From the NCBI GenBank assembly GCA_043783505.1, contig JAYVZL010000081.1, positions 1 through 37,759 of the forward strand: a stretch of 37,759 nt of DNA, written 5' to 3'. The notes under the pieces are model-generated. The model was not told the DNA's origin. It did no database searches and saw only the letters and a program-made list of their open reading frames with translations. Below are positions 29,198 to 37,759 of the stretch, piece after piece; within the stretch, counting starts at the first letter, position 1; each line of letters starts with the position of its first letter. The position numbers and the translations under genes were made by a program. Source of the stretch: Elusimicrobiota bacterium. Lineage in GTDB: Bacteria; Elusimicrobiota; Elusimicrobia; UBA1565; UBA9628.

Positions 29198-31441
29198 ATG
29201 ACCAGGCTCAAAAAACAACTCGCCAACCTCCTCACGGCCGCTATGATCGCGGCCTCGCTGCCCTGGAGCGCCTACGCTCAGAATGTCCGCCTAACGCAGC
29301 CGGCTATAGCGCGGATTCCCGGGATAGCGGGCCTACTCCCATCCACGCAGCTTCCCCTCGCGCTGAACCCGAACGCCGTCGCGGCGCAGCCTATTCTTCT
29401 AATCCCTACAATCAACTCTCAACAGGCCCCATCGACCATTGCAAAGCCTAAAAGTCCGCTGAGCATTGCCGGCGCAGAGAGTGCCCTCACGGTCGCGGCG
29501 CCGACGCAAACCGAGACAGCTAAACACGCGGCCGACGACGTCCTATTCGACGGCACGCGAACACGGGACGCGAAGGAACTCAATACAGCCGTCGCCGCGC
29601 CGACCGGCTCGGCGCGCAAGATGGAAAAGCTCGCGCGGATATCCGGGGAAGCGGTCGGCCGCGAGGCGCTGCGGAAGTGGGTGCTTAAGACCGTCCTTCA
29701 ATTCGGATTCGAGAAGGACGCGCGCCAGATCAACAAGGTCATCGAGCGCCTCGCGACCTCGCAGGAAACCGATCGCTGGGACGCGCTTAAACTCAGCCCT
29801 TCCGAGACCTTGACGTTCTCCAGCCCGAACGGCGGCAAGGAATCCGCCATCGAGTTCACCCGCGACAACGGCAAGGGACATAAGCCCACCATCGTCAGCG
29901 GGCGTTACGACGGCTCGGGCGGCTACAGCCTGAGTCTTCAGTTTCCGCAGATGAGCCATAGCCTGGTTCTGACGCAGGACAAGAAGATCAAGAAAGACCC
30001 TGCCGTGAAACAGCTTTCCGACACGGAATTCGCCGCGTGGCTGACGACCCAGGAAGGGCTCGAGAACGTGGACGCCCTCGCGCGGCGGCAGCTGGACCAG
30101 CCAGGCTTCGCGGCCTGGGAGGAATTCAAGGATAAGCGCGGACACTATCCCGCGTTTTCCCCGCGCGCGGCCCTGCTGGGCGAGATCACGACCGCCGAAC
30201 TCTATCACCTGCTCGATTGGAACGGATTTCAGGAGCAATACAAACAGCAAGGAAAAGTGCGGCTTGATATCATCTACGGCTACATCGGCGATGAAAAACT
30301 GGGCGAGCCGGATCCTATCGACCTCGAGCAAGCCCGCGAAGTCGTCAAGAAACTGAAGGCGAAAGGCTACAGCCAGACAGGAGACGTCCTGTCAAAAGAA
30401 TTCTCCTACAAAGGAAAGCTCGTCACCCTCGAAGTGCGCGTGACTCCAGCGGCGATTTCCAACGTCGTCCTTACAAACCGCATCTCCAAAATACTCGACC
30501 ACGCGGGAATACATTCGCACAAAAACATCATCCGGAACATCCTCGAGAAGGGAACGGCCCGGGCCTGGATGTTCCCCGCCGGCGCCTCCGCACAGTGGCT
30601 GACGGCCACCATCAACGAAGAGATCGACAATTTCAACCGCCTCCAAGACAGTAGTTCATTCAAGGCCAAGAAAGCCTTTGAGGAGTCGCTCTCGAAAGCC
30701 GACGTCGTCGTCTACGACGGCCACTCGGGCGCCGGCTACGGCTTCCGCTTCGGACCCAAGAATCTCTTCCTGGACCGCGTCTTCACGTTCACTTTCGGAA
30801 GGCTGCGCCTTTACATCGACAAGCAGATCGAGAAGATCAGCAAGATCGGCTTCGTGCAGCGTTTTCTCCGAAAGCTTCCCTGGAATGAAGACGGCTATTT
30901 CTACCTCGAAATGTTCACGATCCCTTTCCTATCCGGCAAAGCCCTCAACGAACTGATGATCGATCCCCTGAGGCAGCGCCAGCTTCTATTTTTCGACGCC
31001 TGCAGGACTCTGTTCCTCTACGACAAGGCTTGGAGAAAGCTCATGCAAAGCTACCAACGACTGATGAAGCCCGAGCAAATCGATTTAATCGGCACCGCGA
31101 ATGACTCCAGCACCGGCGACGGCGTGGCCGCCAAGCTCAACATGGTCGACGCCGTCGAAAAAGCCATGAACGCCAAGCAGATCGTCGATCATCTTCGCTC
31201 CGGCTCCGTCGACGGCACCCAATACGCGCCCGGGAAATTGATGGGCGTGGCGGACGGCACCTATGATGATATCTTCCGCGACCCGGAAAACAAGGCACAC
31301 CCATCCCACACTCCCAACACCGATACCCCGGGCTTCATCATCGACAATAACGGCGCCCAAGTGAACTTTTTTAAGCCCAGCGACCAGCAGCAATCCTTCC
31401 CCTACTGGACGCTTCAGCCCTCGCCGTATCGCGGCTATTGA
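29198..31441 (+). CDS. Secreted protein with putative clan CD (caspase/gingipain-fold) cysteine protease domain
   Basis: Signal peptide ..WSAYA|QNV; leader ending DVLFDGT; DVVVYDGHSG and LLFFDACRT fit a His-Cys dyad, each following a hydrophobic strand. Confidence 0.65.
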   Translation: MTRLKKQLANLLTAAMIAASLPWSAYAQNVRLTQPAIARIPGIAGLLPSTQLPLALNPNAVAAQPILLIPTINSQQAPSTIAKPKSPLSIAGAESALTVAAPTQTETAKHAADDVLFDGTRTRDAKELNTAVAAPTGSARKMEKLARISGEAVGREALRKWVLKTVLQFGFEKDARQINKVIERLATSQETDRWDALKLSPSETLTFSSPNGGKESAIEFTRDNGKGHKPTIVSGRYDGSGGYSLSLQFPQMSHSLVLTQDKKIKKDPAVKQLSDTEFAAWLTTQEGLENVDALARRQLDQPGFAAWEEFKDKRGHYPAFSPRAALLGEITTAELYHLLDWNGFQEQYKQQGKVRLDIIYGYIGDEKLGEPDPIDLEQAREVVKKLKAKGYSQTGDVLSKEFSYKGKLVTLEVRVTPAAISNVVLTNRISKILDHAGIHSHKNIIRNILEKGTARAWMFPAGASAQWLTATINEEIDNFNRLQDSSSFKAKKAFEESLSKADVVVYDGHSGAGYGFRFGPKNLFLDRVFTFTFGRLRLYIDKQIEKISKIGFVQRFLRKLPWNEDGYFYLEMFTIPFLSGKALNELMIDPLRQRQLLFFDACRTLFLYDKAWRKLMQSYQRLMKPEQIDLIGTANDSSTGDGVAAKLNMVDAVEKAMNAKQIVDHLRSGSVDGTQYAPGKLMGVADGTYDDIFRDPENKAHPSHTPNTDTPGFIIDNNGAQVNFFKPSDQQQSFPYWTLQPSPYRGY

Positions 31442-31472
31442 CGCAGCTCTGGCCTAGCGCTACACTCGGGCA
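31438..31472 (+). promoter_or_regulatory. sigma70-type promoter, predicted leaderless
   Basis: TTGACG (31438-31443), N17, TACACT (31461-31466), 6 nt, GTG 31473. Confidence 0.75.
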
Positions 31473-31931
31473 GTGGATGAAGAAGAGACCCCTTCCGTAG
31501 CGCTCGCGTCTCCCAAAGACAAGCTGATCCTCATCGTCGACGACGAGGAGACGATCCGCACGTTCCTCGGGATTTGCCTGACGACGGAAGGCTTCGAAGT
31601 GCTCACGGCCATCAACGGCGTCGACGGCGCCGCTCGGCTTGAAGAGAGAACTCCAGACCTCATCGTCGCCGATCTGATGATGCCTCGTCAAGGCGGCTAC
31701 GAGTTTCTTCAGTCGCTGCCGGCCGCCGGGATAAAAGGCGTCGGCATCTTCGTCATCACCGGCAGCAATCTCGACTCCTCGACGGTCGACATGCTCAAGC
31801 GCGACGCCGGCGTCGATGAGTTTTTCACAAAACCCCTCAAGGTCAGGAATTTCATCGCGGCCGTGCATCGCCGGCTGAAGACCCTCCCCGTCGCGGCCCA
31901 CGGCACCGGCGGCCTCAACGATCGCTCCTAG
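31473..31931 (+). CDS. Single-domain response regulator (CheY-like receiver)
   Basis: ILIVDDEE, PDLIVADLMMP (phosphoacceptor Asp), VITG, FTKP. Confidence 0.92.
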   Translation: MDEEETPSVALASPKDKLILIVDDEETIRTFLGICLTTEGFEVLTAINGVDGAARLEERTPDLIVADLMMPRQGGYEFLQSLPAAGIKGVGIFVITGSNLDSSTVDMLKRDAGVDEFFTKPLKVRNFIAAVHRRLKTLPVAAHGTGGLNDRS

Positions 31932-31962
31932 ATGCTATAAGACTTTCCTTAACAGCATCTGT

Positions 31963-31987
31963 GCCGGGGGCCCCTCCGGGGCCCGGC
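31963..31987. terminator. GC-rich stem-loop, possible terminator
   Basis: GCCGGG-GG-CCCC-TCC-GGGG-CCCGGC downstream of the response regulator; no adjacent U-tract. Confidence 0.4.
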
Positions 31988-32030
31988 CTAGACGTTTTGC
32001 GCGCCTCTGCGGATATGGCAAAATAAGAGG

Positions 32031-32564
32031 ATGATCGTGAGCATCGGCGTTCGAAAAGTCACCCAGCTCGGCAACCCGGTCCTGCGCAAGGTCCTACGCC
32101 GTCTCAAGCCGGAGGATATCCGCTCGGCGGAAATGCTCCGTCTGGTCAAGGAAATGGCCGCCACGATGGAAGAGTACGACGGCGTTGGAATAGCCGGCAA
32201 CCAAGTCGGCGAGGACCTCTCCGTGTTCGTCATGGGCCTGCCCAAGGGCACTAAGCGCCACCCCGACGGCATCGAGCTGACCGTCGTGTTTAATCCGGTG
32301 ATCAAGCCCGTCGGCGGCGAGTCTGAGGAAGATTGGGAGGGCTGTCTTTCCGTGCCCGAACTGCGCGGGATCGTGCGCCGGCACAAGAAGCTCGAGCTGT
32401 CCGGGCACGGCATCGAGGGCAAGCCTTTCAAAAAGATCTACGAGGGCTTCCCAGCCCGCGTGATCCAGCACGAGACCGATCACCTCAACGGTCTGGTCTA
32501 CCTCGACCGCATGGACGGCCTCAAATCCCTCAGCTACATGAGCGAGATGGGCCGGCACGGCTAG
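32031..32564 (+). CDS. def: Peptide deformylase
   Basis: GNPVLR, GVGIAGNQVG, EGCLS, QHETDHLNG. Confidence 0.95.
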   Translation: MIVSIGVRKVTQLGNPVLRKVLRRLKPEDIRSAEMLRLVKEMAATMEEYDGVGIAGNQVGEDLSVFVMGLPKGTKRHPDGIELTVVFNPVIKPVGGESEEDWEGCLSVPELRGIVRRHKKLELSGHGIEGKPFKKIYEGFPARVIQHETDHLNGLVYLDRMDGLKSLSYMSEMGRHG

Positions 32565-32567
32565 CCC

Positions 32568-33545
32568 GTGGCCGCCGCCATCGAGACGACGGGCCTCACC
32601 AAGGACTACCGCTCCCCCGTCAAGGAACCCGGACTGTGGGGCGGCGTCAAATCCCTGTTCGACCGCAAGTATAAGGACACCCGCGCCGTCGACGGCATGA
32701 CCTTCCGCATCGAGGAAGGCGAGCTCGTGGGATTCTTGGGCGCCAACGGCGCCGGCAAGACCACGACCCTGAAGATGCTCTCAGGGCTTCTCACCCCCAC
32801 CTCCGGCGCGGCGACGGCTTTGGGGCATGTTCCCTGGAAGCGCGAAGCCTCCTTTCAACGTTCGATCTCGCTCGTCATGGGCCAGCGCTCCCAGCTTTGG
32901 TGGGAAATCCCGGCCTACGAGACTTTTCGTCTCAATCAAGCCATTTACGGCTTGTCCGAGGCCGACTTCCGCGTCCATCTCGACGAGCTCGTCGATCTCC
33001 TTGAGCTGAAGGAGCATCTGGCGGTACCGGTCAAGAAGCTCTCATTGGGCCAGCGCATGCGCGCCGAACTCGCCGCCGCCCTCCTGCACCGCCCGCGTCT
33101 GCTCCTGCTTGATGAGCCCACCATCGGCCTCGACGTGGTCATGCAGAAGAAAGTGCGCGAGTTCATCAAGATCTATAACAAACGCTACGGCGCGACGATC
33201 ATGCTCACCAGCCACAACATGACCGACGTCGTCGAGCTATGCAAGCGCGTCATCGTCATCGAGAAGGGCCGACTGCTCTACGACGGCGCGCTCGACCGCC
33301 TCGTCGAACGCTACGCCGACTACAAGATACTGCGCGCCCGCTTCACCGCGCCGGTCGACCCCGCCGGGCTCAAAAGCCTGGGGAACGTGGTCAAAGTCGA
33401 GAACATGATCGTCACGATCGAAGTCCCGCGCGAGAGGATGGCGGCCAGCGCGGCTGCGCTCTTGAAGTCCTACCCCGTGGCCGATCTCAACGTCGAGGAC
33501 GTCGCCATCGACGACATCGTCCGGCGGCTGTTCACGCACGCATGA
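32568..33545 (+). CDS. ABC transporter ATP-binding protein
   Basis: GANGAGKTT, MGQRSQLWW, LSLGQRMR, LLLDEPTIGLD, LTSH. Confidence 0.95.
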   Translation: MAAAIETTGLTKDYRSPVKEPGLWGGVKSLFDRKYKDTRAVDGMTFRIEEGELVGFLGANGAGKTTTLKMLSGLLTPTSGAATALGHVPWKREASFQRSISLVMGQRSQLWWEIPAYETFRLNQAIYGLSEADFRVHLDELVDLLELKEHLAVPVKKLSLGQRMRAELAAALLHRPRLLLLDEPTIGLDVVMQKKVREFIKIYNKRYGATIMLTSHNMTDVVELCKRVIVIEKGRLLYDGALDRLVERYADYKILRARFTAPVDPAGLKSLGNVVKVENMIVTIEVPRERMAASAAALLKSYPVADLNVEDVAIDDIVRRLFTHA

Positions 33546-34336
33546 ATAAATATTTTGTCGCTTATAAGATCGCCCTGCAGGAGACGCTCCAACGCCGTTC
33601 GACCTTGATCATGGACCGTTTGGGCGGATTCGCGGTGGTGATCAGCCTGTACTCGTTTTGGATCGCGCTAATAGGCGACAAGACCTCTTTCTTAGGCTAC
33701 ACGCGCGCGGAGATGCTGACGTACGTTCTCCTGCTCAACGTTTTGCGGTCGTTCGTCTTCACCGGCCGAGGCTGGCAGTTGGTCGGTGAGATCTCGTCTG
33801 GAAAGATCTCGTCCTATCTGGTCCGTCCTGTCAGCTATCACGGCTACGCCTTATCTCTCGACTTAGCCCAGAAAACGGTTCACGTTGTCTCTGCCGTTCT
33901 GGAAGTCGGTCTTTTGGCGCTGCTCGTGCGCGGTCAATTGTTCCTGCCTCGCGACCCGGCAACGTGGTTTCTGTTCTCGATTTCTGTCGTCTTGTCCTCG
34001 CTTCTATTCTTCTTTCTCGAATTCATGGTCAGTTCCTTGGCCTTCTGGACGTCCGAGTCCGGCGGCCCCCTTTTCTGCTTTGAACTGTTCCTACAATTCG
34101 CCGCGGGGGCTTTTTTTCCTTTGGACGTTCTTCCCGCCGGCATCCGCGCCGCGCTCGAGTCCACGCCGTTCCCCTACATGGTTTATTTCCCCGTCCGGAT
34201 CTTTCTCGACAAGGTGACCACCACCGAGGCCATGCGCCTGCTCAGCATCGAGACCGCCTGGCTGATCGCCGTCACGACGGCGGCCATGATGGTGTGGAAT
34301 CGCGGCCTGCGCGTCTATTCCGCGGAGGGCGGATGA
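33542..34336 (+). CDS. ABC-2 family permease (DUF990-like)
   Basis: Start ATG 33542 (ATGA overlap); ~6 TM segments; GYTRAEMLTY, EISSGKISSYLVRP, GAFFPLDVLP, YSAEGG. Confidence 0.9.
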   Translation: MNKYFVAYKIALQETLQRRSTLIMDRLGGFAVVISLYSFWIALIGDKTSFLGYTRAEMLTYVLLLNVLRSFVFTGRGWQLVGEISSGKISSYLVRPVSYHGYALSLDLAQKTVHVVSAVLEVGLLALLVRGQLFLPRDPATWFLFSISVVLSSLLFFFLEFMVSSLAFWTSESGGPLFCFELFLQFAAGAFFPLDVLPAGIRAALESTPFPYMVYFPVRIFLDKVTTTEAMRLLSIETAWLIAVTTAAMMVWNRGLRVYSAEGG

Positions 34337-35127
34337 GAGCGGTGCTTAGAAAATACTGGACCATCTGGCTGCGCACCGCCTCCATGGCGATGCAGGCCCA
34401 GCTCTCCTATCGCCTGGGCTCTTTCGGCTTCCTGCTGGGCAAGATGATCCGGCTCGTCTTCTTCTTCGCCTTCATGGCGGCCGTGTTCCAGCACGTCGAG
34501 ACCGTCGCCGGCTATTCGCTCGTCGAGACCGCTTTGTTCTTCATGACCTTCAATCTCGTCGACATGGCCGCGCAGATCTTCTTTCGCGGCGTGTACGGGG
34601 CTCGGCGCACCGTCAGCGAGGGCGATTTCGACTTCTACTTGGTCCAGCCCTGCTCGCCTTTGTTCCGCATGACCTGCTCGACCGTGGACTTCTTGGACGT
34701 GGTGACCATCGTCCCGGTGGTCGTCATGACCGGCATGGTCTTCGCGCGCCTGCCGCCGCTGGGCTGGGAGCGTTACGCCGCGTACGGCCTGCTCCTAGCC
34801 AACGGCGTGGCCCTGATCTTCGCCATCCACGTCCTGGTCGCCGGCTTGGCCGTGCGCACCCAGGAGCTCGAGAGTGCCATCTGGATCTACCGCGACATCA
34901 TGTTCATGGGCAAGTTTCCCGTCGATGTCTACGCCCCGGCCGTGCGCTGGGCTCTCACCGTGGGCGTGCCGATAGCGGTCATGACCACTTTCCCGGCCAA
35001 GGCCCTGCTCGGTCGCCTGTCCGCCGCGTGGATCGTCTACGCGCTGGCTTTGACCGCCGTAGCACTTCCCCTCTCGTATCTGTTCTGGCGGAACTCGGTC
35101 GCGCGCTACACGTCGAGCTCCAGCTGA
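34333..35127 (+). CDS. ABC-2 family permease (DUF990-like)
   Basis: Start ATG 34333 (ATGA overlap); EGDFDFYLVQP, KFPVDVY, C-terminal RYTSSSS. Confidence 0.9.
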   Translation: MRAVLRKYWTIWLRTASMAMQAQLSYRLGSFGFLLGKMIRLVFFFAFMAAVFQHVETVAGYSLVETALFFMTFNLVDMAAQIFFRGVYGARRTVSEGDFDFYLVQPCSPLFRMTCSTVDFLDVVTIVPVVVMTGMVFARLPPLGWERYAAYGLLLANGVALIFAIHVLVAGLAVRTQELESAIWIYRDIMFMGKFPVDVYAPAVRWALTVGVPIAVMTTFPAKALLGRLSAAWIVYALALTAVALPLSYLFWRNSVARYTSSSS

Positions 35128-35164
35128 CATATGGTCGTAACCGCTAAACGTTATCCTCACTGCG

Positions 35165-35548
35165 ATGGATAAAGCCAGCCGCATCCAGGCCCGCGTCCCC
35201 AGCGACATCACCGTCGAAGTGTTCACCGGACCGGTGGGCGGCATCCGCATCGGCGAAGGCGCCCTGCTCGACTTGAGCCTCAGCGGCTGCCTGCTGCGCT
35301 TCTCCGGCATGCTCAAGATCGGCTCGACCTACCGGCTGCGCTGCACGTGGAAAGACGGGATCTTGGATCTGCCCGGGCGCGTCGCCCGAGACGCGGGACG
35401 CTCGGGTGAGCCGCTGGCCCCTCAATACGGAATCGCCTTCAATCTCACCTATGATCAAGAGAAGACCCTGCGGCTGCTCGTCGACTACGTCCAGCGCACG
35501 CACAAGCCCGAGCAAGGCGGCTTCATGAGCGGCTATTGGTCCGGCTAG
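35165..35548 (+). CDS. PilZ-domain (c-di-GMP-binding) protein
   Basis: RxxxR (RIQAR) and D-x-S-x-x-G (DLSLSG) motifs, then GRVAR..YGIAF; TATCCT 7 nt upstream of the ATG. Confidence 0.85.
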   Translation: MDKASRIQARVPSDITVEVFTGPVGGIRIGEGALLDLSLSGCLLRFSGMLKIGSTYRLRCTWKDGILDLPGRVARDAGRSGEPLAPQYGIAFNLTYDQEKTLRLLVDYVQRTHKPEQGGFMSGYWSG

Positions 35549-35571
35549 ATTGTGCCGGGCCCTCGCCCAGT

Positions 35572-36921
35572 CTATGCTATGTCGAGGGCGGCGACGCGAA
35601 AGGTGGGAGCGCCCAAGGATCCCTCGAAAGACAAGTCGTCGGCCACGCCGTCCACGTCGGCCAGAAGATCTAGAAGCTGCCCGGACATCATGGCGCCCTT
35701 GATCGGACGCGCGAGCAGACCCTTTTCGATCGAAATGCCGGAGATTCCCACCGAGAAAGCGCCCGAGACGGGATCGACCATGTGCATCCCGAGAACCTCG
35801 GAAACCAGAATGCCGTCGCGCGTGCCGGAGATGAGCGCCTCCCGAGTCTGGGTTCCCGGCGCCAGGTACAGATTCGACGCCCCCGGCGCGGGCATATCCT
35901 TGTAGGAGCCGCGATAGGCGCAGCCGTTGGAGATCACGCCGGCGCGCGCGGCGCTGGCCGTGTCGTAAAAATACTCGCGCAATACGCCGGCTTCGATCAT
36001 GGCCTTGTCGCGCGTGGGCAGGCCCTCGTCGTCGAAACGACAACTGCCCAATCCCCCGTGTCGGCGAGGGTCGTCGCGCAGCATCACCAACGGCGAGGCC
36101 ACGCGTCGCCCTATCTTGTCCGCCAACAGCGAGCGTCCGCCCTGAACTTCCTCGGCCGACAGAAGTTCCGCCAGGAGCTCGAGAAACTCTCCTCCGACCC
36201 AAGGCTCGAAAAGCACCGCACGCTTCCCGGCCGCGGCGCGGCGCGCGCCGAGCAAAGATCCCGCGCGCCGCCCTGCCTCGCGGCCCGCGGCGGCGAAGTC
36301 GAGCGCCTCTGCCCGGCGCTCGGCGCGATAACCTTCGCCAAGCTGCACCTCGGCGCCGTCCTCGGCCGCGACGACCAGGCTCACGCTGGCCGAGCCCCCG
36401 CGCTCGCTGGCGAACAACCCGCTCGTGCCGGCCACGACCGTCGTGCCGCGGCTCTCGCCGTACTCGCAGCGCAAGATCTTCGCGACGCCGGGCTGGGATT
36501 TAGCCGCGGCCTCGGTCTCGAGCAATCGCGCCTCGATGTCCGCCCATGGCGCGCTAAACAGCTTCTCATCCCACAGCGTCGCGGCCAAAGACGCGTCCTC
36601 GCCTCCGCTCTGAGGCCCGGGAAAGACGCGGCGTCGGTCCGGCGCGGCATGCGGCAGCTGCTCGAGAGCCAACGCGTAAAGCTCCTTGATCGCCGCCAAG
36701 TCCGCCCCGCCGGCCGAGGCGAAGCCCACGCGCCCGTCGCGCGCGACGCGCACGCCCGCGCCGTCGGTCTCCGACGCCTCCATCCCATCGCGCTCACCCT
36801 CGCGCCGAGACAACGTCCGGTCCTCGCCGCGCGAGAGATAGAGCTCGGCCGAAGTTTCCGGCGATTGGGCCTTCATCCAGGCCGCGGCCTCGCGCGCAAG
36901 AGTCTCTAAATTAGTGTTCAT
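35572..36921 (-). CDS. pmbA: TldD/PmbA family protein, PmbA (TldE) type
   Basis: GVRVARDGRVGFAS, GRSLLADKIG, LRDDP, FDDEG, SNGCA, ASNLYL, DPVSGAFS; lacks the TldD HExxGH motif. Confidence 0.85.
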   Translation of the reverse strand: MNTNLETLAREAAAWMKAQSPETSAELYLSRGEDRTLSRREGERDGMEASETDGAGVRVARDGRVGFASAGGADLAAIKELYALALEQLPHAAPDRRRVFPGPQSGGEDASLAATLWDEKLFSAPWADIEARLLETEAAAKSQPGVAKILRCEYGESRGTTVVAGTSGLFASERGGSASVSLVVAAEDGAEVQLGEGYRAERRAEALDFAAAGREAGRRAGSLLGARRAAAGKRAVLFEPWVGGEFLELLAELLSAEEVQGGRSLLADKIGRRVASPLVMLRDDPRRHGGLGSCRFDDEGLPTRDKAMIEAGVLREYFYDTASAARAGVISNGCAYRGSYKDMPAPGASNLYLAPGTQTREALISGTRDGILVSEVLGMHMVDPVSGAFSVGISGISIEKGLLARPIKGAMMSGQLLDLLADVDGVADDLSFEGSLGAPTFRVAALDIA

Positions 36922-36998
36922 AGTGAACGGCTAAACGGCAAACCAGAAAGACACGACACGAAGCACGGAATATGTCGTAAACCATGGTCAAAGGCAAA

Positions 36999-37217
36999 TT
37001 ATCGGCCCAGGGCGGACCAACCCATATAAAGGAAGAGAAAGGAGACCAGCAGAAAGAACATCCCCCACTTCCTTCGCTCGAGAGCGATATAGGCGTCATT
37101 GAGCACATAGTCGCGCAGAACCGCGTTCATGCGTTCGATGAGATCGGGGCGGTATAGATACCCCATCCCCAGCAGGCCGGACAAAACACCGATGAAAATC
37201 TTAAGGCCGGGGGTCAT
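36999..37217 (-). CDS. Small hypothetical membrane protein (2 TM)
   Basis: 72-aa ORF with two hydrophobic segments; AGGA upstream of ATG 37217; co-directional with pth and pmbA. Confidence 0.6.
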   Translation of the reverse strand: MTPGLKIFIGVLSGLLGMGYLYRPDLIERMNAVLRDYVLNDAYIALERRKWGMFFLLVSFLFLYMGWSALGR

Positions 37218-37266
37218 GGTCGCTTCCTGCGGCAATCGATGCGACCATTTCCTCGCATAGGCTCGC

Positions 37267-37759
37267 TCATCCAGCGGGATTATAGCGATTCATTGCCATG
37301 TCGATGTCGTTTTTACAAACGACGTCCACGGCCTCCATCGCCAGAGACAAAGCCGCGTCCAACCCCGCCTCCTCGGTCTTACTGAACTTGCCTAAAACAA
37401 ACGCCGAGGAATCCATCTTCTCCGGCTGAGGACCAATGCCGACGCGTAGGCGCGGCACCTCCTCGGTCCCGAAGTGCTGAAGAATGGACAGCATGCCTTT
37501 TTGACCACCCGCGGAGCCCTTCTTGCGCAGGCGAATCTTCCCCAGCGGCAGGGCAAGTTCGTCGTAGACAATCAGCATCTCGGCAATCGCCACGTTATGA
37601 TACGCGGCGAACTGCTTGACGAACTCCCCGGACAAGTTCATGAAGGTCATGGGCTTGGCGACCCATAGATCCCCGTGTTTGGCGGCCACGCCCAGCCCCT
37701 TGAAGTCCTTCCAAAAAGAGTCCGCCTCGCCGACCAAGCGGTCGGCGAGGCGGAAGCCC
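37267..37759 (-). CDS. pth: Peptidyl-tRNA hydrolase (5' end outside the window)
   Basis: Frame open to the window edge (GFRLADRL..); KPMTFMNLSG, IVYDEL.LPLGKIRLR, GSAGG, RLRVGIG, FVLGKF. Confidence 0.93.
   Translation of the reverse strand, partial: GFRLADRLVGEADSFWKDFKGLGVAAKHGDLWVAKPMTFMNLSGEFVKQFAAYHNVAIAEMLIVYDELALPLGKIRLRKKGSAGGQKGMLSILQHFGTEEVPRLRVGIGPQPEKMDSSAFVLGKFSKTEEAGLDAALSLAMEAVDVVCKNDIDMAMNRYNPAG

Noticed and set aside
35572-36921. PmbA without adjacent TldD, plus the ABC-2 exporter, as a RiPP/microcin cluster
   Set aside because: tldD and pmbA are often unlinked; there is no precursor peptide or modification enzyme, and the genes face opposite directions.

Overview
GC-rich bacterial chromosomal window with about 33 genes; no rRNA, tRNA, CRISPR array, integrase or transposase was recognisable. 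The protein style is reminiscent of Elusimicrobiota, but that is an inference only. From left to right: (i) pruA (P5C dehydrogenase), whose 3' end is duplicated around a lower-GC gene for a secreted HExxH protein; (ii) a ~12 kb minus-strand run sufB-sufC-sufD-sufS-sufU-sufT-Rrf2-Nfu-PHP-GDPD-nadA-YyaL-like-FIST-ASCH, headed by a leaderless sigma70-type promoter with an overlapping IscR-type palindrome; (iii) a 1081-aa fusion of a SWEET/PQ-loop-like membrane domain, a uridine kinase and a cytidine deaminase; (iv) DUF4015 hydrolase, M16 peptidase, hypotheticals and three tandem secreted modular proteins, one a probable clan CD cysteine protease; (v) housekeeping genes (response regulator, def, ABC-2 exporter, PilZ, pmbA, pth). 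The best candidates for new biology are the transporter-kinase-deaminase fusion and a shared N-terminal leader (signal peptide AxA|QxV, ~90-105 aa Pro/Ala-rich linker, [LV][FY]D motif) on four proteins with different cargo, which may be an undescribed export or targeting tag. All domain calls come from motif reading, not database searches.
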